Below are positions 39,804 through 49,007 of a stretch of 64,000 bases of DNA, piece by piece. The stretch is from Candidatus Eiseniibacteriota bacterium (lineage in GTDB: Bacteria; Eisenbacteria; RBG-16-71-46), in the NCBI GenBank assembly GCA_041483195.1, contig JBGPFC010000020.1:1-64000 (forward strand). The letters run 5' to 3'. The stretch's first letter is position 1. Each line of letters opens with the position of its first letter. Below the pieces are notes generated by a model. It was not told where the DNA came from. It ran no database searches and saw only the letters and a list, made by a program, of their open reading frames with translations. Made by a program: the position numbers and the translations under genes.

Positions 39804-42800
39804 GTGAGCATCTTCCGGCGGGATCAGGAATCCGGCCCTGACCAACCCCGCAATCGCGAGCCGCGCCGCGGCGGAGCGCCGCGCGGCAATCCGCCACGCC
39901 GGCCGTCCGCGCCGGCCGGGCGCCCGTTCCGCACGCTCGCGTTCTGGGCGTTCGTGGCGCTGCTCTCGCTGGTCGCGTTCCGCATGTACCAGGGCAGCTT
40001 CATGGCGCCGCAGCGCATGGAGATCTCCTACACGCGATTCATGCAGGAGGTGAAGGACGGCAACATCCTGGATCTCCAGATCATCGAGAAGATGGTCACC
40101 GGCGACCTGAAGAAAGAGGCGTCGCTGAAGATCGGCGAGAAGGAGACGACGAACTTCAAGGCGTTCAAGTCGAACATCCTGGGCGACGGCTCGGACCTGC
40201 CCGACAAGGTGTGGGCCACCAATCCCGGGATCGAGATCGAGGTGCGCAACCCCGCCTTCAACTGGGTCAACCTGTTGTTCAGCTGGCTGCCGGTCGCGTT
40301 CGTGCTCGTGTTCTGGCTGTTCATCATGCGCCAGATGCAATCGGGCGGCAGCGCCGCGCTCAAGTTCGGCAAGACCAAGGCGCGGGTGCTGATCGAGACC
40401 TCGCCCAAGGTCACGTTCAAGGACGTCGCGGGTTGCGACGAGGCGAAGCAGGAGCTGCAGGAGATCATCGAGTTCCTGAAGGAGCCGCAGAAATTCCAGC
40501 GGCTCGGCGGACGAATCCCGAAGGGCGCGCTGCTGCTCGGCCCCCCGGGCTCGGGCAAGACGCTGCTCGCGAAGGCGGTGGCGGGCGAGGCGGGCGTTCC
40601 GTTCTTCTCGATGAGCGGCTCGGACTTCGTGGAGATGTTTGTAGGGGTTGGAGCGTCGGTCACGGGCGACACGCCGGTGCTGATCCGTCGCGACGGCCAG
40701 ACCCGGCTCACCCCCATCGGCGAGTTCGTGGATTCGTTCTACGAAGGCGACGACGAGGGACGCGTCGTTCCGGTCGACGGGATCGAGACCCTGGGCTTCG
40801 AGGAGCGGGACTCCAAGTTCACGGGATCCACCAAGACCTTCGTGAAGGGCAGCGCGTGGAGCCGCGCGCGCGGCGTCTATCGCCACCGCGTCCACGAGAT
40901 CTGCGAGATCGAGTATCTCGGGGGCACGATCCGCACCACGCCGGACCACAGCGTGTTCGTGCGCACCCGCAATGGCATCAAGGCGGTCGCGGCGGGCGAT
41001 CTGAAATCCGGCGACGTGCTCGTGAACCTTCCGCTCAAGGTGCGCGGGCAATATTCCGCGGCGCACGGCACGCCCCACACGGTGCGCGCGCACACGTTCA
41101 CGGAACCCGCCGAGCCGATCCTCCTCGACGTGTACGATCGCGACGAATCGACGCGCGAGCGTTACGCGTACGCGCTCGCCCACGAGGGAGCGCACAGCCA
41201 GGCGGCGATCGCGGCGACGATCGGCGTCTCCCAGATGACGGTCAGTAACTGGCAGGCCGGCAGGCACGAACCGCGCGCCATCTCGTCGAACTACGCGGCC
41301 ACCGCGCTGCCCGAGCACGTCCCGGTCACGACGGATCTCATGCGGCTCCTCGGCTACTACACGGCCGAAGGCCGCGAGAACGGATGCCTCGAGTTCACGT
41401 TCGGCACGCACGAGCCCGACCTGCATGCCGACTGCATCGCCCGAATGGAGCGCGTCTTCGGCGTGACGCCGAAGGTGAGACACACGGACGACCACAGCAC
41501 CAAGATCACCTACCACGTCGCGCCACTGGGCCGCTTCTTCGAGCGGCAGTGCGGAACCGGGAGCCACGAGAAGCACGTTCCGGCTTTTCTCTGGGATCTT
41601 CCGCGCGAGTACTTCGACGCCTACCTCACCGGCTACGCCCTCGGGGACGGCTACACCACGCAGGATGGCAAGCTCAGCATGACGTCGGTCAGCCTCCGGC
41701 TGATCCGCGAGCTCACCTGGCTCTGCGCGATGCACGGCATCAAGGCCGGGGTGCGGCACATGACGATGCCGGCGGGGCGCGTCATCAAGGCGAAGCCCCT
41801 GCCCGAGACCGAGGCGTGGAATCTCATCATCGGCAAGACCAGCCATCCATTCGGGCCAGAGGTCGCGACTCCTGATCAGGGCAAGCGGCCGATCGTGCGT
41901 CGCGTGACGCGGAAGCCCTACGACGGATTCGTGTACGACCTCTGCGGCTGCGGCCGCGAGGCGTTCTTCGGCGGCGAGAAGCCGATCCTGCTCCACAACA
42001 GCCGCGTCCGCGATCTGTTCGAGCAGGGCAAGCGCAATGCCCCATGCATTATTTTTGTCGACGAGATTGACGCTGTCGGCCGGCATCGCGGCGCGGGGCT
42101 CGGCGGCGGGCACGACGAGCGCGAGCAGACGCTGAACCAGCTGCTGGTCGAGATGGACGGCTTCGAGTCGAACGAGGGCGTCATCATGATCGCCGCGACC
42201 AACCGGCCCGACGTGCTCGATCCCGCGCTGCTGCGGCCGGGCCGCTTCGACCGCCAGATCGTCGTGGACTGGCCGGACGTGCGCGGGCGCGAGGGCATCC
42301 TGCGCGTCCACACCCGCAAGATTCCGCTCGCCGAAGACGTGGACTTGAAGCTGATCGCGCGCGGAACGCCAGGGCTGGCGGGCGCGGACCTCGCGAACAT
42401 CGTGAACGAGGCGGCGCTGCTCGCCGCGCGGCGCAATCACAAGAAGGTCTCGCTCCGCGATTTCGAGGACTCCAAGGACAAGGTCATGCTCGGCATGGAG
42501 CGCAAGAGCCTCGTGATGAACGACGACGAGCGCAAGAGCACCGCGTACCACGAGGCCGGCCACGCGCTCGTGCTGTGGCTCCAGCCCAACCACGATCCGG
42601 TCAACAAGGTCACGATCATCCCGCGCGGGCGCACGCTGGGCACCACCTCGTGGCTGCCCAAGGAAGAGCGCTACAACCGCTCGAAGGAAGAGCTCGAGCG
42701 CCAGCTGTGCGTGGCGATGGGCGGCCGCGCGGCCGAGCTCATCGTGTTCAACCACTTCACCACCGGCGCGATCGGCGACATCGAGGGCGCGAGCGAGACG

Positions 42801-43223
42801 GCGCGCGCCATGGTGTGCCGCTACGGCATGAGCGACACGCTGGGCCCGCTCACCTTCGGCAAGAAGGAGGAGATGGTCTTCCTCGGAAAAGAGATCGCGA
42901 CCCACAAGGACTACAGCGAGCAGACGGCGGTGCTGATCGATCAGGAGGTGCGCCGCATCATCGAGACCGCGCACAACCACGCGTACCAGCTGCTCAAGGA
43001 CAACATGGACAAGCTGCACCTGCTCGCCAACACGCTGCTCGAGCGCGAGGTGCTGGACGGCGACGAGATGGAGCGCGTGCTGCGCGGCGAGAAGCTCGAG
43101 CCGGTGCGATCGGCGACCGAGCCCGAGCCGCCGGCCGAGACGGCGGCGGCCACCGAGGCCGCCAAGGACGCAGAGGGCCCGCAGCTCGACGCGTTCGCCC
43201 CGCCCGCGCCGCGCCCCGCCTAG
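39804..43223 (+). CDS. ftsH: ATP-dependent zinc metalloprotease FtsH (intein-containing precursor)
   Basis: Two TM helices, [11 protein letters not shown] pore loop, [26 protein letters not shown]; 448-aa in-frame insertion. Confidence 0.96.
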   Translation: MSIFRRDQESGPDQPRNREPRRGGAPRGNPPRRPSAPAGRPFRTLAFWAFVALLSLVAFRMYQGSFMAPQRMEISYTRFMQEVKDGNILDLQIIEKMVTGDLKKEASLKIGEKETTNFKAFKSNILGDGSDLPDKVWATNPGIEIEVRNPAFNWVNLLFSWLPVAFVLVFWLFIMRQMQSGGSAALKFGKTKARVLIETSPKVTFKDVAGCDEAKQELQEIIEFLKEPQKFQRLGGRIPKGALLLGPPGSGKTLLAKAVAGEAGVPFFSMSGSDFVEMFVGVGASVTGDTPVLIRRDGQTRLTPIGEFVDSFYEGDDEGRVVPVDGIETLGFEERDSKFTGSTKTFVKGSAWSRARGVYRHRVHEICEIEYLGGTIRTTPDHSVFVRTRNGIKAVAAGDLKSGDVLVNLPLKVRGQYSAAHGTPHTVRAHTFTEPAEPILLDVYDRDESTRERYAYALAHEGAHSQAAIAATIGVSQMTVSNWQAGRHEPRAISSNYAATALPEHVPVTTDLMRLLGYYTAEGRENGCLEFTFGTHEPDLHADCIARMERVFGVTPKVRHTDDHSTKITYHVAPLGRFFERQCGTGSHEKHVPAFLWDLPREYFDAYLTGYALGDGYTTQDGKLSMTSVSLRLIRELTWLCAMHGIKAGVRHMTMPAGRVIKAKPLPETEAWNLIIGKTSHPFGPEVATPDQGKRPIVRRVTRKPYDGFVYDLCGCGREAFFGGEKPILLHNSRVRDLFEQGKRNAPCIIFVDEIDAVGRHRGAGLGGGHDEREQTLNQLLVEMDGFESNEGVIMIAATNRPDVLDPALLRPGRFDRQIVVDWPDVRGREGILRVHTRKIPLAEDVDLKLIARGTPGLAGADLANIVNEAALLAARRNHKKVSLRDFEDSKDKVMLGMERKSLVMNDDERKSTAYHEAGHALVLWLQPNHDPVNKVTIIPRGRTLGTTSWLPKEERYNRSKEELERQLCVAMGGRAAELIVFNHFTTGAIGDIEGASETARAMVCRYGMSDTLGPLTFGKKEEMVFLGKEIATHKDYSEQTAVLIDQEVRRIIETAHNHAYQLLKDNMDKLHLLANTLLEREVLDGDEMERVLRGEKLEPVRSATEPEPPAETAAATEAAKDAEGPQLDAFAPPAPRPA
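40656..41999 (+). mobile_element. Intein with LAGLIDADG homing endonuclease and HTH inside ftsH
   Basis: Starts SVTGDT (block A), TPDHSV (block B), LLGYYTAEG and [10 protein letters not shown] (endonuclease blocks), VYDL (block F), ends LLHN before Ser; removal restores [15 protein letters not shown]. Confidence 0.93.
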
Positions 43224-44962
43224 TCCGGGAGCCGGAGCCGCGCGCGGAACGAGTGCTCGCGCGCCCGATCGCTGACCTGCGCGAAGTAGAAACGCCGCAC
43301 CCTGGCGTAGTCCGCGGCCACCTGCTCGTCGGGGAGCGCGGCCATGCGCGCGATGTAGAAGTCGAGCACGGCGGGGAAATCCGGGCATCGCGCGCCGCGG
43401 CGCTCGAGATCGGCCACCAGCTTCGGGTCCCAGGTCACGAGCTGCGCGTAGGTGGAGTCGAGCGCCATGACCACGTGCGGCAGGACGTCGTCGAGGCGCA
43501 GCGTCACGGCGGCGAAGTGATGCAGCACCAGCTGCACGTGGCGGCGCTCGATCAGGTAGTCGAGCGGCGCGAGCTTCTCGTGGCCCACGCGGCCGCGCGC
43601 GCGCAGGGGTTGATGGGCGACGAAGCGATCGGTGAGCCCGGTCTGGCTCTCGATCGCCACCGCGGGATCGGCGTAGTACACGAGCCCGGCCTGCGAGCCG
43701 ACGAACGCGACGCGCACCGGCAGCCCCGCGAAGTAACGCTGCAGCCGCATGCCCTCCTCGCGCGTCTGGCGCGTGGCCTCCGGCGTGTAGAACTGCCGCT
43801 CGCTCACGATGCCGCTCACCCACTTGCCGGCGGGGAGCGGGTCGGGCGCCAGCACCAGCGCGGCGACCGCAGCCGCCGCGGCCGCCGCGTGAAGCATCGG
43901 CCGCGATGAAGCCAGCCGCGCGATCGCGAGCTCGAGCAGGATGAGCAGGAACGGCGTCGCGGGGATGAGCAGCCGCGCGTGCATGAAGTCGCCGCCCACG
44001 CGCAGCACCCAGAACGCGTAGCCCAGCGCGAAGAGCGCGGCGAGCGAGGCCTCTTCGCCCCATGCCGGCTTCGGCGCGGCATCCTCGCGCCCGCGGCCGG
44101 CGAACGCTGCGAGCGCCGCGAGCGGCGGGCCCAGCGCCAGGATCCAGTAGCGCTCGAAATAGAGCCGCAGGTAGATCCAGCCCTGCGAGTACCACGCGAG
44201 GTAGGCCGACTTGGCGTAGTAGGTGTTCGGCGCGAGGTCGCCGTAGTACCAGAGCCGCCACGCCGCGAACGGAACGAGGATCGCGATCGCCGGCCAGCTG
44301 TAGGCGAGCGCGGAGCGCAGGCGCGGACGCCGCTTCGCGATCACGTGCGCGCCGCCCAGCGCCAGGAAGATCGCCCCGTCCGGCCGCGTGAGCGCCGCGA
44401 GCGCCAGCGTGCCGCCCGCGATCGCGAGCGCGCGCGGGCGCGCGTCCGCTTCGATCAGCAGCACGAACCCGATCGTCGCGAGCAGCGTGAAGAGCGACGT
44501 CTCGAGCCCGCTCGTGGCGTACGCGTTCCAGTCCGAGTGCGCGGCCGCGAGCATGGCCGCGATCGGGACCGCGGCGATCCATCCGCGCGCGGGTCCGGCG
44601 CGGCGCAGCGCGCGCCACCCGAGCAGCGCGATCGTCGCCCCGTAGCACGCGACGCCCGAGACCACCGACCATCGCTCGGGCGCGACGCCGAGCCGCATGC
44701 CGAGCGCCAGCCACAGCGTCCAGAGAAAATTGCTGTAGCCCTCGACCCGCTCTCCGGCGTTGAACACGAGGCCCACGCCGCGATTCAGGTTCGCTGCGTA
44801 GCGGAACGAGATGAACGCGTCGTCGCACACCCACGCCTGCCGCGCCGCCGCGGCCATCGCGTGGATGGTGGCGATAGCCGCGAGGGCGATTGGCAGGGCG
44901 GCGCGCGGCGCCCGAGTGCCGGGGCCAGGGGCGGGCGTAAGTCGCGTCGGTGGCGGGTTCAT
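43220..44962 (-). CDS. Polytopic membrane protein, putative GT-C-fold glycosyltransferase
   Basis: CDDAFISFRYA, FNAGERVEGYSN, SGLET, TRPDG, PNTYYAK, GGDFM, RVGHEK; many TM segments. Confidence 0.75.
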   Translation of the reverse strand: MNPPPTRLTPAPGPGTRAPRAALPIALAAIATIHAMAAAARQAWVCDDAFISFRYAANLNRGVGLVFNAGERVEGYSNFLWTLWLALGMRLGVAPERWSVVSGVACYGATIALLGWRALRRAGPARGWIAAVPIAAMLAAAHSDWNAYATSGLETSLFTLLATIGFVLLIEADARPRALAIAGGTLALAALTRPDGAIFLALGGAHVIAKRRPRLRSALAYSWPAIAILVPFAAWRLWYYGDLAPNTYYAKSAYLAWYSQGWIYLRLYFERYWILALGPPLAALAAFAGRGREDAAPKPAWGEEASLAALFALGYAFWVLRVGGDFMHARLLIPATPFLLILLELAIARLASSRPMLHAAAAAAAVAALVLAPDPLPAGKWVSGIVSERQFYTPEATRQTREEGMRLQRYFAGLPVRVAFVGSQAGLVYYADPAVAIESQTGLTDRFVAHQPLRARGRVGHEKLAPLDYLIERRHVQLVLHHFAAVTLRLDDVLPHVVMALDSTYAQLVTWDPKLVADLERRGARCPDFPAVLDFYIARMAALPDEQVAADYARVRRFYFAQVSDRAREHSFRARLRLPD

Positions 44963-45170
44963 GCCGCGCTCATCCTACCCGAGCGGGCGTTCGGGCGGCG
45001 CGGCCGCCCGGGACCCATCTCTTGACCTGGGCCTAGCAACCTTTTCGGGCCCGGCTGCGTCAAAGCCTCCGTCACGTGAATGCGAACGCGTGAACAGCGA
45101 CCTCCAAACCAGTCGCGAGTGTCTTCCAGGACGAGGGGACCGGAGAAGGCAAGGCTCCGGGCCCGCAGTG

Positions 45171-45199
45171 AAAACGCCCGGCCACCCGGCCGGGCGTTT
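45171..45199 (-). terminator. Intrinsic terminator after the dtxR-like operon (possibly bidirectional)
   Basis: AAACGCCCGGCC-ACCC-GGCCGGGCGTTT hairpin; T4 tail on the minus strand. Confidence 0.75.
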
Positions 45200-45287
45200 C
45201 GTCTTGGGTGAGGGAGAGCGGATCGCGACGGAGATGCGGCCCATCGCGCCCGCGCGTCTCGCGCCGCGCCGCCGTGAAATCCGAGCC

Positions 45288-45767
45288 TCACCAAATCCCG
45301 GGCAGCATCCGGTAGCGGGCGTGAACACCATCATCGGGCCATGCACCCTCGCGACCCGCCCGCAGCCGGTCGGCACGGTGGCAGCAGTAGAAAGACGCGG
45401 CGAGCGCCGGCAGGCTGAGAACCAGGAATCCCCACGGCACACCCACCGCGATCGGCAATGCCAGGTAGAACAGGGCTCGTCCCGCCAGGTCGGGATAGCA
45501 CACGGCCCGGCTCCGCCGCAGCCAGATCGAGCCGATGGCCAGCGCGACCCCGCAGAGATTGCCGAGCCCGCCGATCAATGGCCCGCCCGTGGGACGGATC
45601 AGGAGGTAGAACGCGATGATCGAGGCGACGACCAGCGGCCTGAGCCACCGCGGCGACCGCGGCCTCCAGGTGCCACGCTCCCGCCGGCGCGCGACATGGT
45701 CGGCGATGCCATAGCACAGGATCAGCGTGCCCGAAGTCGCGAAGCGCAACGACGCAGTCTCGAACAT
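45288..45767 (-). CDS. Membrane protein, divergent isoprenylcysteine carboxyl methyltransferase / PEMT-like
   Basis: Hydrophobic helices and C-terminal RYRMLPGIW typical of the family; the HPxY motif is degenerate (YPDLAG). Confidence 0.5.
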   Translation of the reverse strand: MFETASLRFATSGTLILCYGIADHVARRRERGTWRPRSPRWLRPLVVASIIAFYLLIRPTGGPLIGGLGNLCGVALAIGSIWLRRSRAVCYPDLAGRALFYLALPIAVGVPWGFLVLSLPALAASFYCCHRADRLRAGREGAWPDDGVHARYRMLPGIW

Positions 45768-45788
45768 CGTCCGCCCTCGTGCGGTCCG

Positions 45789-46238
45789 TCAGACCGTCAG
45801 AATTTCGTAGGTTTCCATGCGCGAGGCCATCGGGGGTGGTTCGCCTCGCTCCCGCGCCCGGCGCACGTCTTCGAAACCGCGCCGGTGACCCTCCGCGAAC
45901 TCCGGGGAGGTTCGCCAGGCGTCGAACGAATCGCGGCTCACCCAGAAGCTCACGACCAGGTAGTCGCCGGCCGTGCGCTCGGGACGCAGCACGAACATGC
46001 GCCGGAACCCGGGCGCCCGGTCGATCGCATGCGCGCGGGTTCGAAACAACTCCTCGAAGCGCTCGCGGAAGGAGTCCTGGCAGGAGATGAAGTTGACGGC
46101 GACGAAGTCACCCGGTTTCTCCTGGACGGCCTCGGGGATTCGGTCTTCGGGAGCCTGCACGACATCGCGGTTCATTGGATGAGAGCCTCCGGTCTGGTGG
46201 GTCGAAGCTGTCACACTGGATTGGGTCTGCTCATGCAT
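45789..46238 (-). CDS. Antibiotic biosynthesis monooxygenase (IsdG-like) family protein
   Basis: FVAVN, APGF, SFW..FDAWRTSPEFAEGH. Start may be the downstream ATG at about 46175. Confidence 0.8.
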   Translation of the reverse strand: MHEQTQSSVTASTHQTGGSHPMNRDVVQAPEDRIPEAVQEKPGDFVAVNFISCQDSFRERFEELFRTRAHAIDRAPGFRRMFVLRPERTAGDYLVVSFWVSRDSFDAWRTSPEFAEGHRRGFEDVRRARERGEPPPMASRMETYEILTV

Positions 46239-46749
46239 GCGGGGCCGGGACGAGGCACGCCAGGCCGCACGTCGCGCACGCCTCGCTGGGCTCGCATGTG
46301 CGGTGATATCGCGGGAGCCGCTCGTGAAAGAGCCGGCGCACGCCGCGATCGTCCGACATGAGCTTCAGCAGGTTGACGAAGCGCTCGGCGGTCTCGGCGC
46401 TGATGTCGTGTTCCATCAGGCACGCTTCCCGCTCGGCCTGTGGTGCCGGGACGCCGAGCACGTCGATGAGGAACGCCCGCAGCACGCGATATCGGTGGTG
46501 AACTTCTTTGGCGACACGTTCGCCCCGCGGGCTCAGCACGAGGAACCGATGAACATCATGGGAGACGAGCCCCTGCGCCTCGAGCGTCCGCAGCCCCACG
46601 GACAGGGTGGGATGCGACATGCCGAGCTCGCGGGCCACGTCGGTCAGGCGGGCGTAGCCGTGCCGGGACCGCACCGCCCAGATGCCTCGCAAGTAGTGCT
46701 CGTGGCTCGGGGTCAACGCGCGCCGTTGACTCTTTTTTCCGGGTAACAT
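46231..46749 (-). CDS. DtxR/MntR family metal-dependent transcriptional regulator
   Basis: SHEHYL, HTH, RYRVLRAFL..VLG, EACLMEH; Cys-rich C-terminus; GAGGAGG RBS. Confidence 0.9.
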   Translation of the reverse strand: MLPGKKSQRRALTPSHEHYLRGIWAVRSRHGYARLTDVARELGMSHPTLSVGLRTLEAQGLVSHDVHRFLVLSPRGERVAKEVHHRYRVLRAFLIDVLGVPAPQAEREACLMEHDISAETAERFVNLLKLMSDDRGVRRLFHERLPRYHRTCEPSEACATCGLACLVPAPHA

Positions 46750-46776
46750 GCGACGCCCTCCTCACTCTGTAGCATG

Positions 46777-46794
46777 ACCTACGCTGACGTAGGT
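46777..46794. promoter_or_regulatory. Palindromic operator candidate ACCTACG-N4-CGTAGGT
   Basis: Perfect 7-bp inverted repeat 28 bp upstream of the DtxR-like start, downstream of a minus-strand TTGACT at 46824-46829. Confidence 0.55.
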
Positions 46795-46856
46795 ATGCAT
46801 ACATAGCACCGCGCGCGATCGCGAGTCAATGGTGTCTTCGTTGGTTCAGTGCCGAG

Positions 46857-49007
46857 TCACCCCGTCACGATCGGCTGCGTGAACGTCTCCCCCGCGGCGG
46901 CGAGCTTCGCCAGCAGCGCGGCGGGCTTGAATCGCTCGCCGCGCTCGGCACGCAGCGCGTTGAGGCGCGACTCCACCTTCGCGAGCCCGAGGGTGTCCGC
47001 GTGGCGCAGCGGCCCGCCGCGGAACGGCGGGAAGCCGGCGCCGAAGATCATCGCGAGGTCGAGCATGCCGGCGTCGGCGACGACCTCTTCCTCGAGGCAG
47101 CGCGCGGCCTCGTTGATCATGCCCAGCACCATGCGCTCGGCGAGCGCTTCGGGGCTCGGCGCCTGGCGCGTGCGCGTGAGACCGAGCAGCTCGCGCAGCG
47201 CGGGGTCGGCCTCGCGCTTCCGACCGCGGTGGCGATAGAAGCCGCGCCCGCTCTTCTTGCCGAGCCTGCCAGCTGCGACCAGCTTTTCGAGCGCGGGCGA
47301 GATCGTCATGCGATCGGGGAACGCCTTGCTCAGCACCCCCGCCGCCTTCTGCGCGACGTCGAGCCCGACCTCGTCGAGCACCTCGAAGGGTCCCATCGGC
47401 ATCCCGAAGCGCCGCATCGCGGCGTCGATCGCCACCAGCGCGTAGCCCTCCTCGAGCAGGTGCATGCCCTCGCGCAGGTAGGGCATGAGGATGCGGTTCA
47501 CCACGAACCCCGGCGCGTCGCGCACCACGACCGGCGTCTTGCCCATGCGGCGCGCGAGCGCGACCGCGGTCACCAGCGCGGCGTCTCCGGTCTTCGCGCC
47601 GCGCACCACCTCGACCAGCGGCATGCGATGGACCGGATTGAAGAAGTGAAAGCCGAGGAAGCGCTCGGGGCGCTCGAGCCCGTCGGCGAGCGCGCTCACC
47701 GAGAGCGACGAGGTGTTGGTGGCGAGCACGGCGTCGGGCCGCATCCGCACCTCGAGCTCCGCGAACACGCGGCGCTTCACGTCGAGGTCTTCGACCACCG
47801 CCTCGATCGCGACGTCGGCGCGCTTGAGGCCGGTGAGCTCGAGCGTGGGGAGGATGCGCGCCATCTGCGCGTCGCGCTCCCGCGCCGGCATCCGCCGCCG
47901 CTTCCCGCGCTCCTCGATCAGGCCGCGCACCGTCTGGAGCGCCTTCGTGAGCGACTCCGGCCTCACGTCGCGCACCCGCACCTCGATGCCTCCGCGGCTC
48001 ACCAGCTCCGCGATCCCGCCGCCCATGACGCCCGCCCCCACCAGCGCGAGGCCCCGCACCTGCGCGGGCTTCAGCGACGGATCGGTGCTCACCGCGTCCT
48101 TCTTCGCGCGCTCCGAGAGCAGGAAGATGCGCACCAGGTTCTTGCACACCGGGCCCACCACCAGGTCGCTCACCCAGTTGGCCTCGAGCGCGAGCGATTC
48201 ATCGAGCGAGCGCGCGAGCCCGTGCTCGATCACGCTCAGCGCGGCGAGCGGCGCGGGGTAGTGCCCGCCGGTGCGCCCCTGGGTCATCGCGCGCGCGCGG
48301 TTGAAAACGAACGCTCGTCCGAACGGCGTGCCGTCCATCAGCCACTGCATGGCGCCGCGCGCGCGGAACGTGTCGCGCCGCGCGGCGCGCGGCCGGCGCT
48401 CCAGCTCGGCGAGACGCCGGTGCGCGTGATCGATCAGCCACGCCGCCGGCACCGCGCGCGCGATGAGCCCCATCTTCTCGGCGCGCCGCGCATCGAGCGC
48501 GCGCCCGGTGAGGATCAGGTCGAGCGCCGCGGAGAGTCCGATCAGCCGCGGCAGGCGCGACGAGCCGCCGAAGCCCGGGAAGATGCCGAGCAGCGTCTCG
48601 GGCAACCCGATCTGGGTGCGCTCCTCCTCGCTCGCCACTCGCGAGTCGCACGCGAGGGCCAGCTCCGTTCCGCCGCCCAGGCACACGCCGTCGATCGCGG
48701 CGACGGTGGGGCACGGGAGCGCGGCCAGCCGCCCGAACGCAGCGTGCGCGCGGGTCACCAGCGCGTGCACCGCCGCGCGGTCCGTGAGCGCGCCGATCGC
48801 CTGCACGTCGGCGCCGGCGACGAACGAGCCCTCCTTGCCGCTGCGCACCACGAGCCCGCGCAGGTCGCTCATGCGCTCGATCTCGCCGAGCACGCGCTCG
48901 AGATCCGCGATCGCGGCCTCGTCGAGCACGTTCACACGGCGAGCGGGATCGTCCATCACCAGGTGGACGATCCCGCCCTGTTGCGGCTCGACCCGGAACG
49001 CGCCCAT
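46857..49007 (-). CDS. fadJ: Fatty-acid oxidation complex alpha subunit (enoyl-CoA hydratase / 3-hydroxyacyl-CoA dehydrogenase)
   Basis: FVAGAD, CLGGGTE, GLPE, GAGVMGGGIA, EAVVE, TNTSS, HFFNP, GFVVNR, GFPPFRGG. Confidence 0.92.
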   Translation of the reverse strand: MGAFRVEPQQGGIVHLVMDDPARRVNVLDEAAIADLERVLGEIERMSDLRGLVVRSGKEGSFVAGADVQAIGALTDRAAVHALVTRAHAAFGRLAALPCPTVAAIDGVCLGGGTELALACDSRVASEEERTQIGLPETLLGIFPGFGGSSRLPRLIGLSAALDLILTGRALDARRAEKMGLIARAVPAAWLIDHAHRRLAELERRPRAARRDTFRARGAMQWLMDGTPFGRAFVFNRARAMTQGRTGGHYPAPLAALSVIEHGLARSLDESLALEANWVSDLVVGPVCKNLVRIFLLSERAKKDAVSTDPSLKPAQVRGLALVGAGVMGGGIAELVSRGGIEVRVRDVRPESLTKALQTVRGLIEERGKRRRMPARERDAQMARILPTLELTGLKRADVAIEAVVEDLDVKRRVFAELEVRMRPDAVLATNTSSLSVSALADGLERPERFLGFHFFNPVHRMPLVEVVRGAKTGDAALVTAVALARRMGKTPVVVRDAPGFVVNRILMPYLREGMHLLEEGYALVAIDAAMRRFGMPMGPFEVLDEVGLDVAQKAAGVLSKAFPDRMTISPALEKLVAAGRLGKKSGRGFYRHRGRKREADPALRELLGLTRTRQAPSPEALAERMVLGMINEAARCLEEEVVADAGMLDLAMIFGAGFPPFRGGPLRHADTLGLAKVESRLNALRAERGERFKPAALLAKLAAAGETFTQPIVTG

